DNA of 13,932 nt from Bugula neritina (Eukaryota; Animalia; Bryozoa): the NCBI GenBank assembly GCA_964035545.1, contig CAXIUT010000193.1, positions 1 through 13,932 on the forward strand, read 5' to 3'. Position 1 is the stretch's first letter, and every line of letters begins with the position of its first letter. Below are positions 1 through 10,358 of the stretch, piece by piece. The notes beneath the pieces are model-generated. The model was given only the letters and a program-made list of their open reading frames with translations. It did no database searches and had not been told where the DNA came from. A program made the position numbers and the translations under genes.

Positions 1-105
1 CCCAACCCCAACCCCAACCCCAACCCCAACCCCAACCCCAACCCCAACCCCAACCCCAACCCCAACCCCAACCCCAACCCCAACCCCAACCCCAACCCCA
101 ACCCC
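1..105. repeat. Left telomere, (CCCCAA)n
   Basis: Perfect C4A2 tandem repeat at the 5' end of the window. This is the correct polarity for a left chromosome end with a Tetrahymena-type repeat. Confidence 0.98.
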
Positions 106-470
106 TTCTTAATAAATAGATATAGATATAAATATTCATCGCAATTTATCAATATCATGAGTGATATTTTCAAAGTAATATGAAATATCACTTCAAAAGA
201 ACAACTTTAATCATTACTTCTTGATATATTATTGATTTATCAATAGCATGAAAAGTATATCATCAATAAGTCTTTATTATTCAACAAAATAAATTCTTAA
301 AATTATAATTAAAAATAATAAGGATAAAAGAATATATTTTCTTTAAACTATTCACTGGTTTAACCTTTAATAATTGAAAATAAAAGAATTATAATTTATT
401 ATATTTTGATAAAAAAGAGAAATTTATTTCTGGTCCAATATAATAATCAACTATTTTTTATATCAAAATA

Positions 471-1103
471 ATGAAATCATAGATAAAACTCAATAGTAAG
501 CTAGGATCTTTGGAAGTCATCAAATAGACGAAAAAATGTCAAGTTCAAAAAAGAATGGGTAAAAAAAAAGATGTTATTACAATCAACAAAAATGAAAACA
601 AGGAACTATAACTCAAAAAGAAAAGAAGTTCTTCTCAAAAAGGAAGATCTAGTAGTTCCTCTCTCTTTAAAAACGCTCATAAAGTAGAACGAAAAGAATC
701 TTACTTAATTTCTGATAATAATGGTCAACAAAGTATAATAGATGACTTGTTTTCTTCTCACTCTCCAACTAGTAGTAAAAATAAAATCCAAAAGATACAT
801 TTTGTGCCTGTAAGATCAATAAATCGAGCAAAAAGTTGCCAAGGTCAGAAAAAAAATCAAAGATTATCACGCCCAATATCAATTATCATCCCAGAAAGAA
901 ATGATTAAAAATCGATAAAGAGTGAAAACTTTCAAAATTTAACTAATTGGATCCAAACAGCTGAAAAAAATGAAAAATTTATAGAACTATAAATTGTAAA
1001 TTAAAGCAGTATTTATGGCTAAGAAGATAAATTTTGTGACTCAAGAGAGTCTATACTTGTTGATGATGTCTTATATGCTTTTCTAGCATAGAAAAAAAAG
1101 TGA
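471..1103 (+). CDS. Hypothetical Lys/Ser-rich protein (~210 aa); 5' end uncertain
   Basis: With TAR=Glu the frame is open from 378 to TGA at 1101-1103. First in-frame ATG is at 471 (MKSEIKLNSKLGSLEVIKE...RSSSQKGRSSSSSLF...DDVLYAFLAEKKK*). No recognisable domain. Confidence 0.6.
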
Positions 1104-1231
1104 TAGTGATACTTTTAAAAACTGAAATTGAGTTTTCTATAGATAAATTTTAATAATAAGAAATAAATTAGATAGTATTTTAAATTATGGATTGATAAGT
1201 TAAAATTTTGAATAATGGGTTTGGTTGATGA

Positions 1232-2245
1232 TCAGAGTTGGGGTAAACCAGCAACACCTTGTCCTTCGATTCCACATTCGTTGTGTCCTCTAGCAATGTT
1301 GAAGTATCCGTTGTTTCCCCATCCTTCGTTCCAGCTGTTTGCAATTCTCCAATATTTCTGTCCATTTTCAACTCCCCAGCCAACCATCTTGACGGCATGT
1401 CCTCCCAAAGCGCGTCCAGAGGTGTGCTTGTAAACTCCTGACTTGTATGATAGGAAGTCTTCGTAAACAGTGAAGGCAACTTCAATAGGTCCATTGGTCA
1501 TTATTTCAGTCTGGATCTTAGATTATTGAGAGGAAACTCCGTAAACTGATTTAGCTTTGTGTTTGTCACTAGCATAGGCTGTAGTGTATCCATCAACACA
1601 AGTAGTCTTGCATTTAGGAGTAGGCTTAGAAGAACCACATGGTCCATATTTTCCATCAGGAGTATGATGATCACAAGGAGCCATAGAGTAAGGCATGCAC
1701 CAACCTTTAGTGTTGTATAGATCTCCAGTAACGACACCGTGGTTTTTCCAGAAGTTGAAGGCACCTGAAGGATATCCTCCATTGCAACCATTACCACAAG
1801 TACTACCGCAACATGAGTTAATATCTTCAGTTGAAATTCTAGTTTGGAGAGTTTGACCACTTGCAATGCAAATTCTATCAGACATAGCTTCAGCAGCTCC
1901 GAAAGCCCAGCATGATCCGCAAGTAGATTGATCTCTAATTTCTCTGATTGATTCGCATTTGGGCCAGTTATCAGCTGAGGAGAATGATTCAGGAATGTCA
2001 CTGAGAGGTTCAATTTCCTTGACGGGTAGCTTGAGATGTTCAGGGGTTTCAAGAGTTCCCATAAGGCTCTTGATGGTTTGGAGATCCTTGCCATCAAAGT
2101 ATTTGTTGTGTCCAGCAACCCATCCTTTTTGGACTGAGTTAACGTGGTTGATGATGGATTGGAAGTCAAGGAAGACTTTCTTCTGGAACTTGGCAACAGA
2201 CATCACTGCCAAAAGGGCGAGAAGTACGATGGTAATAGCTTTCAT
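1232..2245 (-). CDS. CTSB: Cathepsin B (papain family C1A cysteine protease), 337 aa
   Basis: Track ORFs 1523-2245 and 1232-1501 join through one in-frame TAA ([19 protein letters not shown]). Signal peptide, [13 protein letters not shown], occluding-loop CDHH, GGHAV, ANSW and ECGIE present; ends in TGA. Confidence 0.96.
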
Positions 2246-2453
2246 AATAGATTATTGATCAAGTTAATCTGTTAGTGGATATAAATCACTGTTGATAATA
2301 TCTTATCTGTAATATTAATTGACACCAAAAATATTTAAAATATTAATAAAAAACTTATCATAAAAAAAAAATGAGATTTTTATCTAATGAATTTTTATTT
2401 GAACCAAATAAAAGAAGACTTATTATATGAATTCTTAATTTATAAATGCTAAA

Positions 2454-3464
2454 TCATGCAACTTTAGGTATTCCTGCTACAATTTGGTCTTAAATTCCAC
2501 ATTAGCTATTTCCTCTTCTAATCTTAAAGAATCCATGATCTCCCCAATCTTCATTCCAACTATTTGCCACCAACCAATAAGGTGTTCCATTCTCGACTCC
2601 CCAACCTATCATCTTTACAGCATGATTTCCAGTTTTTTTACCATGAGTATGATGATAAACTCCACTTTTGTAAGTTAAAAAGTCCTAGAAACAACTAAAC
2701 ATTGCCTCTACTGGTCCATAAGTCATAATTTCAGTCTGAATTTTTTACATACGAGAAGGAACTCGATAAACTGTCTGAGCAGTCCAACGATCCTATTTGT
2801 ATGATTTAGGATACTATGAGCTACATGTAGGCTTGCACTGAGGAGTAGCTTTGATCGCTCCACAAGGCTAGTATTGACCTTTTGTATGATGGTCGCATGG
2901 AGGATAAGTAGTTGCATAGCACCAGTTAGTGGTATTATACAGCCAACCTGAAACAATACCTGGCTTGTACCAATGATTCATAGCTGAATCTGAATATCCT
3001 CCTTTACATCCATACCCACAAAATCCACAACAGGCAAGTAGATCTTCAGCTGATATTCTAACCTGCAACTTTTGATCACTGCTAATACAAGTTCTATCTG
3101 AAATCAGTTCAGCAGCTGCAAAGGCCCAACAAGATCCACAAGCACTTTGATCTCTAATTTATTTAATTGACTCGCAATTGGGCCATCTTTATGCAGATGA
3201 AAATTATTAAGGTATGTTTTGTAAAGGTTAGATATCTTTAATTGGTAGTTTAAGGTGTTCTGGAGTTTATAATGCACCCATCATATACTTTATCGTTGAT
3301 AATTCCATCCCATCAAAGTATTTGTTATGACCAGCTTTCCAATTTTTTTGAACAGAATTCACATAGCTGATGATAGAATCGAAATCTAACGATGTCTTCT
3401 TATGAAACATACTCTGGCAAAGTACAATAGTGGATAATAACATTAAGATGTTTGATGTTTTCAT
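2454..3464 (-). CDS. CTSB: Cathepsin B paralog 2, 336 aa
   Basis: Intronless 1011-nt frame with 9 TAA and 4 TAG read as Glu. [40 protein letters not shown]...AGIPKVA-TGA. Colinear with the neighbouring copy. Confidence 0.95.
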
Positions 3465-3579
3465 TGATGATCAGAATATATAAAATGTAAAGTAGATATT
3501 ATAGTTTGTTGAAAGCAATGCCAAAATACTTTTTCCCGATATCAAATAAAGTTTGTTTGATTATTTTGCCAAGAGATTG

Positions 3580-4918
3580 ATGTCTGGTGAAAATACTGAT
3601 TCCATTATAATTAAATAAATGAAAAAAGCAATTACATATTCCTCATTACAATCAAATCATCAATAAGAGATCCATCTTAAATAAAAATTATCTAACCTGT
3701 AACATCAACCAATCTAAGAAACTAAAATTCATTAAAAAATGATTTAATTTTAAGTTAACAACCTGACTTTCAACATAAAATCTTTGACTTCTTATGGTAG
3801 TTTCAAGGATAAAACATCTATTCGGTCCTTGAAAAATAGCTAATATTCTCCCTAAAATCACCTTTAAGTCGATCAAATACCTTCAAAACCTACTGATTAA
3901 ACCTCAACTGTTCACATGAAACCTTACTATTCCTCAACCAACATTGATTATGAATTGAAATATTCCTTCAATAAATAACAGGATCAACTCAGAAATACAG
4001 ATTGCGCATCAAAACTTGACTCTTCAATTTGCTAAGAAAGAAAAATAGATTAGTATGTGTTAGTTCAACTGATTGGCAAAGGAAAATTTGGTTAAGTTTA
4101 TCTTTCTATGTACTTATTGAATCATATAGGCACAAAATAACAGGATTTATTGGAGCAATAAAAGTTATATAAAAGCAGTAAATATTCAAACATTAAAAAG
4201 AATATTCATCTAAAATGATTTAACAGTTGACAAACTAAATAAAAATTCAATATACAATGAATCATCCTAATCTCATAAAACTCTATGATTTCTTCAGCGA
4301 CTAAGAGAGAATATACCTCTTCATGGAACTCGCCACAGATGGCAACCTCTATAACTTGCTATAAATAAAAAAAACACTCCAATAATAAACTGTCTCAGTT
4401 ATTTCTAGATAAATTTTATCAGGAATCAACTATATGCACAACTAAAAAGTCATGCATAGAGATCTGAAACTCTAAAACATCGTCTTTACTTGTGTAGAAA
4501 TTTATTTATTCAGGGAACAGCTAAAATATGTGATTTTGGATGGGCAGTACATACTAATAAATAGTTCAGATAAACTATCTGTGGGACACCTATCTACCTT
4601 TCACCTGAAATTATTAAAGGAGGGCAATATAACAATCGAAATGATATATGGGCCTTTGGTATTATGGTTCATGAGATGCTTATCGGAGGCAATCCTTTTG
4701 GAATTGAAAAATGTCAAGATTTAAAAAATATAGTCGATAAAGAAGTGCAAATGAAACATGGGTCAGTTGAAGTTCGAAATTTTATGATATTTGTTTTAAA
4801 GAAATAGGCACAGAAAAGACCCACAGCTGAAATATTGTTAAAACATCCCTTCATAGCTCAATATTAATAAATAGAAACAGCTGAGGAGCTTTACCTTCTC
4901 AACAATACTTTCCAATGA
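3580..4918 (+). CDS. Aurora-like Ser/Thr protein kinase (~432 aa) with two 20-nt introns; start codon uncertain
   Basis: GKGKFGEVY, AIK, QLTNEIKIQ, HPNLIKLY, HRDLKLENI, KICDFGWAVH, RETICGTPIYLSPE, DIWAFG, KRPT..LLKHPF. The DFGW and RxTxCGT motifs are Aurora-like. Removing 4110-4129 and 4494-4513 restores one frame to TGA 4916-4918. Confidence 0.9.
4110..4129 (+). other. Spliceosomal intron, 20 nt (gtacttattgaatcatatag)
   Basis: GT-AG; removal joins VYLS-M to HKITGFIGAIK between kinase subdomains I and II. Confidence 0.88.
4494..4513 (+). other. Spliceosomal intron, 20 nt (gtagaaatttatttattcag)
   Basis: GT-AG; removal joins LENIVFTC to GTAKICDFG. Confidence 0.9.
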
Positions 4919-4999
4919 TATTTACTACTACCAATATTCTATGATTAAATAATATTAATCATGTCCATCATGCAGTTATCTTAGCTTTTCAATACTAAC

Positions 5000-5088
5000 T
5001 TGGGGTTGGGGTTGGGGTTGGGGTTGGGGTTGGGGTTGGGGTTGGGGTTGGGGTTGGGGTTGGGGTTGGGGTTGGGGTTGGGGTTGGG
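5000..5088. repeat. Internal (TTGGGG)n tract, the right telomere of the first minichromosome
   Basis: 89 bp of perfect T2G4, followed directly by coding sequence with no C4A2 tract. Confidence 0.97.
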
Positions 5089-6905
5089 CTGAACATTCCT
5101 CCAGCTTATGGACATCTCTTCAAGACTTCAGATAATGATATTGCCAAAGATATCCTCACCAATATTATTTTATCACGAGACAACTAATTTACATGTTACA
5201 CTAATCTTTCTTAAAATAACTTAAGTCGATAAAGATTTTTAGTCATCCAAGCAAATGTCTCACGTTGAACATAACGATCACTAAGAGCATAACCACGTAA
5301 AGATTAAATTGCCATTTATTGATAAAAAGGGGATTGCTTCATGTTATCTATTATGAAATACATCTGAGAAGCAGCTTATAATCTTACCTAACTTACATTG
5401 TCATTGCATAGTTTAAGACTTATTGGAAATATATATTTAAAGACAGTTTCAGTCTCATAAATCCTCGAAAGAGTATTCAGTTGTCTACTGATCTGATAAC
5501 GTATTCTCCACTTCTTTGGATCTTTCTGTAAAACCAGAAAGACATCGATAAGATTTTATCTGATAGTTATTTCAAAAAGTTCAACAAATTAAGAAATATG
5601 TGAGATAGATGCCAACTTTAAAGAGTCAGAGGGATCTTTAAGAATAATATCGAGAGCATTAAACATATACTCTTTTGATAAATCAGGACCAATAATTCGA
5701 CTGATCTAGTGTAAACTAGAAGCAATAGGCATTTTTACTTCCTATATCTCATAATAAATACTGTGCTTTTATGATAAAGTAGCCTTGTAAAAAGCTTTTA
5801 GAGAAGATGCCATTTGGCTCCTCCAAGAGTAAGCATTACTCCTGGAAAATAATAAGCAACCTTAACTCCAATCTCTGAGTTACGGTTGGTGAGGTTATTA
5901 ATTTCATTGTCCAATAGATGTAAGTACATGTTTACAAGTTTATCTGGTGGGTTCGGTGAATTATAGTTAGCTAAAAACTCAGGAATAATTTTATGAGCAG
6001 CTATTTTGACTATTTTATTTCCATCTTTCGTCAGTTGTATCAGAGTCTGAGCTAATACTTATTTTTTAGTTTCAGTTAGAACAACAAGTTGAGGTATTAT
6101 CTAAAGACAAGCCTTACGAATTCCCCATACTGGTTCCTTACACTTCTCAAGCACAAAACCTTCAATAATTTCTTTATTGAGAAATTATTTATGTACATTT
6201 TTAGCTATTGTACAAGCACTATGAATGATCTCTCGCTTCACTCTTACACTTGACTGCTTGTAAATATTAAGATAATCATTTTTGAAAAACTTTTAGGTCT
6301 ATTCAGAAGACATATCTGGTGTCATTTTGCTGATCAAATTGATAGATATGATTTTGCTTTCTTCATCGTCATTTTTTTCCAATTATAGAGCCAATTTAAC
6401 CACTTCTGTTCGCTATTTACTCGTCAGTCTATGTGTTATTTAGGTCAATAATCCACTACTATCTTATTTTATCTAACTAGCTAAAAATAAACCTCCAAAT
6501 GAGAATTATTAATCATCTTGATCAACGGTTCTATGAACAGGAATTGATAGTTAATTTGTGGTGTACCTTTTTGTTAATCTTTTATGATTTTTTGATACTC
6601 CTACTTAAGATAACTCATCAGCTCCATTTTTATTTCATCACAATCAGATGCCTGAATGCAAACAAGAATACCATTTAAAGTAAGAAATGATTAAAAATTG
6701 GATGTCCATTACAAACCTCCTTAATCGCTTGAATATTTTTTGATAGACTGATTCTATGATAGATAGAGAGAGTTTTATAGAACTAAATATTTGAAAAGAT
6801 TTTTTGCTGACTGAAGTCGATGAAAACAGCGTTTTCTTCCACTTCAAATCTATTTACTTTAAGAAAGATATTGCTCTCTTCACTGTCAATGATACTTTTC
6901 TCCAT
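5089..6905 (-). CDS. PPP4R1: Protein phosphatase 4 regulatory subunit 1-like HEAT-repeat protein, 3'-truncated at the telomere junction; three 20-nt introns
   Basis: ATG at 6905. Motifs IKEVC...LLEMASDCDEIKMELM, VWGIRKACLE, EIGVKVAYYFPGVMLTLGGAKW, SSLHEIS, KWRIR and LCNDNVSEVR match PP4R1 as I recall it (VWGVRKACAE, AYSLPGVALTLG, SIHELA). The frame reaches 5089 without a stop. Confidence 0.85.
5742..5761 (-). other. Spliceosomal intron, 20 nt (gtatttattatgagatatag)
   Basis: GT-AG; removal joins HKST to EVKMPIASSLHEI. Confidence 0.88.
6473..6492 (-). other. Spliceosomal intron, 20 nt (gtttatttttagctagttag)
   Basis: GT-AG; removal joins MINNSHLE to IKEDSSGLL. The earlier AGs giving 12 or 16 nt lead to premature TGA. 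Confidence 0.8.
6652..6671 (-). other. Spliceosomal intron, 20 nt (gtattcttgtttgcattcag)
   Basis: GT-AG; removal joins IKEVCNGHPIFNHFLLEM to ASDCDEIKMELM, giving a PP4R1-like first HEAT unit. Confidence 0.82.
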
Positions 6906-7001
6906 ATTATTTATCTATTATATACTACATATCATCAAATAAATATGAGAACTATAAAACAGTTTGATAAAAATATCTTAGTTATGAGAATAGTCAAACA
7001 A

Positions 7002-8333
7002 TCATTCTTCCAATATTTCAATTGCATTAGATTCAAAGAGAGCTTATATTTGTTCTTCATTCAATTTAATCATATTTCCATCTTCAGTCTGTAGATATTT
7101 CCCTTCTCCATCCATCAAATAACCTTCCTTATCAACTTGATATATCGATTTCTTATTTATTTTCTTCTCAACAACAGGAACCATTTAACCGATCTAAGAA
7201 GTACCAAGATTTCCACTCTCAGTAATACTAATACTGCTAATATTATTGATTTCAATATTATTACTGTTTGATTCACTGTTATTATTATTACTATTGCTGC
7301 TGTTGTTGTTAATAGGTTGATTATTTGAAGAATTACTCAATTTTTTATTAAAATCTAAAAATAAACTGCGTTGCTCCTAGTTGTACTTCTGTAACTAGTT
7401 AATTCGTTACTTAAGAATATTGATATTACCCTCAGTCTCGATCAATTGTAACTCCTGTTGATTGATTTTCTTCTGTATTTATTGATCCATTGATTTAGTT
7501 TTCTCCTTGACGTTTTCAATTGCTAATTCTAATTAATTTGATATTTTTTTGAAAGTTTATTCTTGTAATAACTACTCAAGACTTTTAATTTTATTCAACA
7601 TCTCACTATGATGTTTTTTACTATTATCCAATTCTTTCTCTAATTTAGTTATTTTAGGTTATAGACTCTAAACAATTGCCGTGTTTTCTGTTTTATTTGG
7701 CTAGCTATTCAAACTAAACTCCTTCTTGTGAATAATATTGCTTATAGTATCAATTTTTTAATTCATTAAATCCAATCTATTTTAAAGATCTTCTCCATAA
7801 TTGATATTTAAAAAATCTTCTTCCACATTTTTTATGATATCTTTCTTGAGTTCATAGTTAGCTTTCTGGAAAAAACTTCTTAGTTTAGATGTAATTTATA
7901 ATTCCACTTCCTTTCCCATCTTCTCAGCCTCTTCTTTCATATTTTATCTCATCCCAATACTACTCTCTTGCAATTTAATATTATTTTCCTTCTGTTATTC
8001 TGAGATACGTTATTTAAGATCAGTTATCTGAGCCTGCAGAGTGTGAATTAACTTTCGGTTAGTCTATTCTGAAGACTGGTTTCTTGATAATTATTCTTTT
8101 ATTAACTGTCTTAGAATTTCTGGGTTAGGTTTCTCTTCTGGGAGAGTGCGCTGACTAGACTAGCTGTAAATAGATTCATTAGTTTTGATGCTATAGTTAG
8201 AAAAAGGAGAATTTTCTTGTTTTTCTGCCTGGAGATGGGTAAAGATAGGAGCACGTTTAGTCATAGTTCCTAAATTGGCATTACGACCTTGAGGTTAATA
8301 ACGAGAACCTGCGTAGACGCGTGGATTAGACAT
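7002..8333 (-). CDS. Hypothetical coiled-coil protein (443 aa) with an N/S-rich linker and a C-terminal DxxGYL repeat-like module
   Basis: Intronless 1332-nt frame under TAR=Glu: MSNPRVYAGSRYEPQGR...NNNSSNSNNNNSES...VDKEGYLMDGEGKYLQTEDGNMIKLNEEQIEALFESNAIEILEE-TGA. Confidence 0.85.
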
Positions 8334-8806
8334 TCGGCTTTTAAAATAATTGTTATATTCAATTCTTTATAAACTATTTAAGCTAGCCTAAATCTTAGTT
8401 GGAGGAAAGAGATCGTCAATCAGCATCTATTGCCAAGTTGATTTATAATTACTTTTATGGTAATGAAGTAGTAATTAAATATTTTTGAAAAAGAATAAAG
8501 AGAAAAAGAAGATAAAAAATCTTTAAAATTAAAAATATAAAAAATAAAAACCAAGAATAGTAATTTTCAAAATGATTTTAAGGGTTTTACTCTCATAGAA
8601 AACTTTATATTCTTAATTTTAAAAGATTCTCATCAGAAAAAGTTAATTCTATTACAATTCATGATCATAATAAATAAATTCTCTTGAAAAACTATTGAAT
8701 ACTATAAAAAATCTTTATTTAGGTCTTTACTGAAGAATAGATATATTATTTGATTGATAAAACTATATTATTAGTATAGTAAATATAATTTACCTTTAAA
8801 AATAAC

Positions 8807-10279
8807 ATGGATTTCCTAATATCATCTCGTATTCGCAAAGATGTCTCTCCAGCAAAGCTCAATAACCTCTCACCAGAAAAATATGGAAAAGCCGCATATG
8901 CAGAACTCACATACACTCCTAGTAAGTTAGCAGACAACCTTATGTTTCGTGAGGCAGCTACACTCAAAAAAAATGAACAAGGTAGCAGCAAATTACGATA
9001 ATTTGAGGCTATGAACAGCTTTATGAAAGAACGTATGAACCAACTAGAACTTGAAAGAGATGGCATTGAACAATCTCTTAATCAGCAAATAGCAATGTAC
9101 AAAAAGATGCTACATTAATCTGAAAACAAGAATGAACTAAGACTAAAATAGATCCAAAAGAGATTTAATGGCTAAATATCACTTCTTATAAAAGAAAAAG
9201 AAGAAGAAGCTAAATACTCTCAAGCATAAAAGTAAATGTATGAAGGTAGAATAATGGAACTTGAATAAAAAATTAATGAGTATGAAGAAAGAGAAGATAA
9301 TATGAGAAATTAATATGGCGGATTGAAGTCTAATTTTTAAAAGAAATAAATATAATGTCAACACTTAAATGAAAACTTATGTAAGATGTAAAAGACTAGA
9401 GCTATTGAACAAGACTAATGGCAAAAATAAAAATAAAACAATAACAGAAAAGCAAATTAGATCGATAGAGGTTACAAATAACAAATAAATAATTTACTTA
9501 ATGAAAAAGCAAGATAAAAAGATTCTCTTTAGAGACTAATGAAAACATAAATATAAAAAATATAAAATATTCGTTCAAGTGATAATCTCAGGAAAAGTCA
9601 ATAAATGAGATAGGTTATTTTGACTTTCTAAAATTAATCAAAAAGACTCAATTAAATAATAGCTATGAAAGATAGAATGCTATAAAATTTAACCTACTAA
9701 AACACCAAGAATAAATAAAATCTAATTGGAGTTACTACCAGCTATGAAAGCAAAGTAAGTAATCTTACTCATGAAAGAGGTGATCTCCAAGATCAATTAG
9801 AAAAATGTAGTGTTCGTATCGTATAATTAGAAAGTCAGCTATAAAAATAAAAGAGTAGCCGTAAAGAATAAAATAATCGTTATGGAGAAATAATAGTTGA
9901 TTTAAAAGATTAACTTCAATGCAATCAAGTAAACTATGTTCGCTAGAGAGATAGATTTTAGTTCTGGGGAGCTGATATTTAAAAAGAAAACATACATTTA
10001 AAGACATAAAACATAAGAATGATGTAAATAATCGGCTAGAACTAAAAAATGGCTTCAGAATTAAGAAATCTCAGAGATTTGTTAGTTTAGAGTTCATATT
10101 AAATCGATAGATCAAAAGAAGAACTGATGAGGATAGCTTTTGAGAGAGATAACTGTGCTAGACATATGTAAAAGTTAGCTAGATAAAACTAGCAACTGCA
10201 CAGGTTGAAAAGAGATATGTAAGAAGATAGTATAAGAGTAAAATCTAATTTCTACACACAAAGAGCCATGTTCCATTGA
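8807..10279 (+). CDS. Hypothetical long coiled-coil protein (490 aa)
   Basis: Track ORF 8807-9001 continues through TAA. The 1473-nt frame has no TGA until 10277-10279 and is E/K/R-rich and heptad-like. Confidence 0.88.
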
Positions 10280-10358
10280 TTCATGATATATTTTTGTAGT
10301 AAAATAAGTTAAAATTTATGTTAAAAGATTAATAATTATTAAATTACAAATTGATACA

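Larger units (their letters stand above)
1..5088. other. Complete telomere-to-telomere macronuclear minichromosome (~5.1 kb, 4 genes)
   Basis: C4A2 at 1-105 and T2G4 at 5000-5088 in correct opposing polarity. No gene is cut at the right end (kinase stop at 4918, 81 bp before the telomere). Confidence 0.8.

Noticed and set aside
157-470. Upstream exons or TGA readthrough for the first gene (ATG 157, TGA 181, possible introns 175-246 and 358-386)
   Set aside because: No homology support, and the candidate introns do not fit the 20-nt pattern; left unresolved.
2454-3464. Cathepsin copy 2 as a stop-riddled pseudogene
   Set aside because: Every interruption is TAA or TAG, mostly at Glu positions; there is no TGA or frameshift and the catalytic residues are intact.
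2490-4475. Standard ciliate code (UAR=Gln) or the split UAA=Lys/UAG=Glu code
   Set aside because: TAA occupies invariant Glu sites (kinase KxEN and alphaC, cathepsin ECGIE).
5000-5088. PP4R1 frame reading into the telomere as a (Pro-Thr)n tail
   Set aside because: A by-product of a probably chimeric junction; there is no evidence of transcription.
8381-8445. Slightly GC-richer intergenic patch containing TGCCAA, also seen near 3519 and 3567, as a possible ncRNA or promoter motif
   Set aside because: No recognisable RNA structure or box motifs, and too few instances to support a motif.
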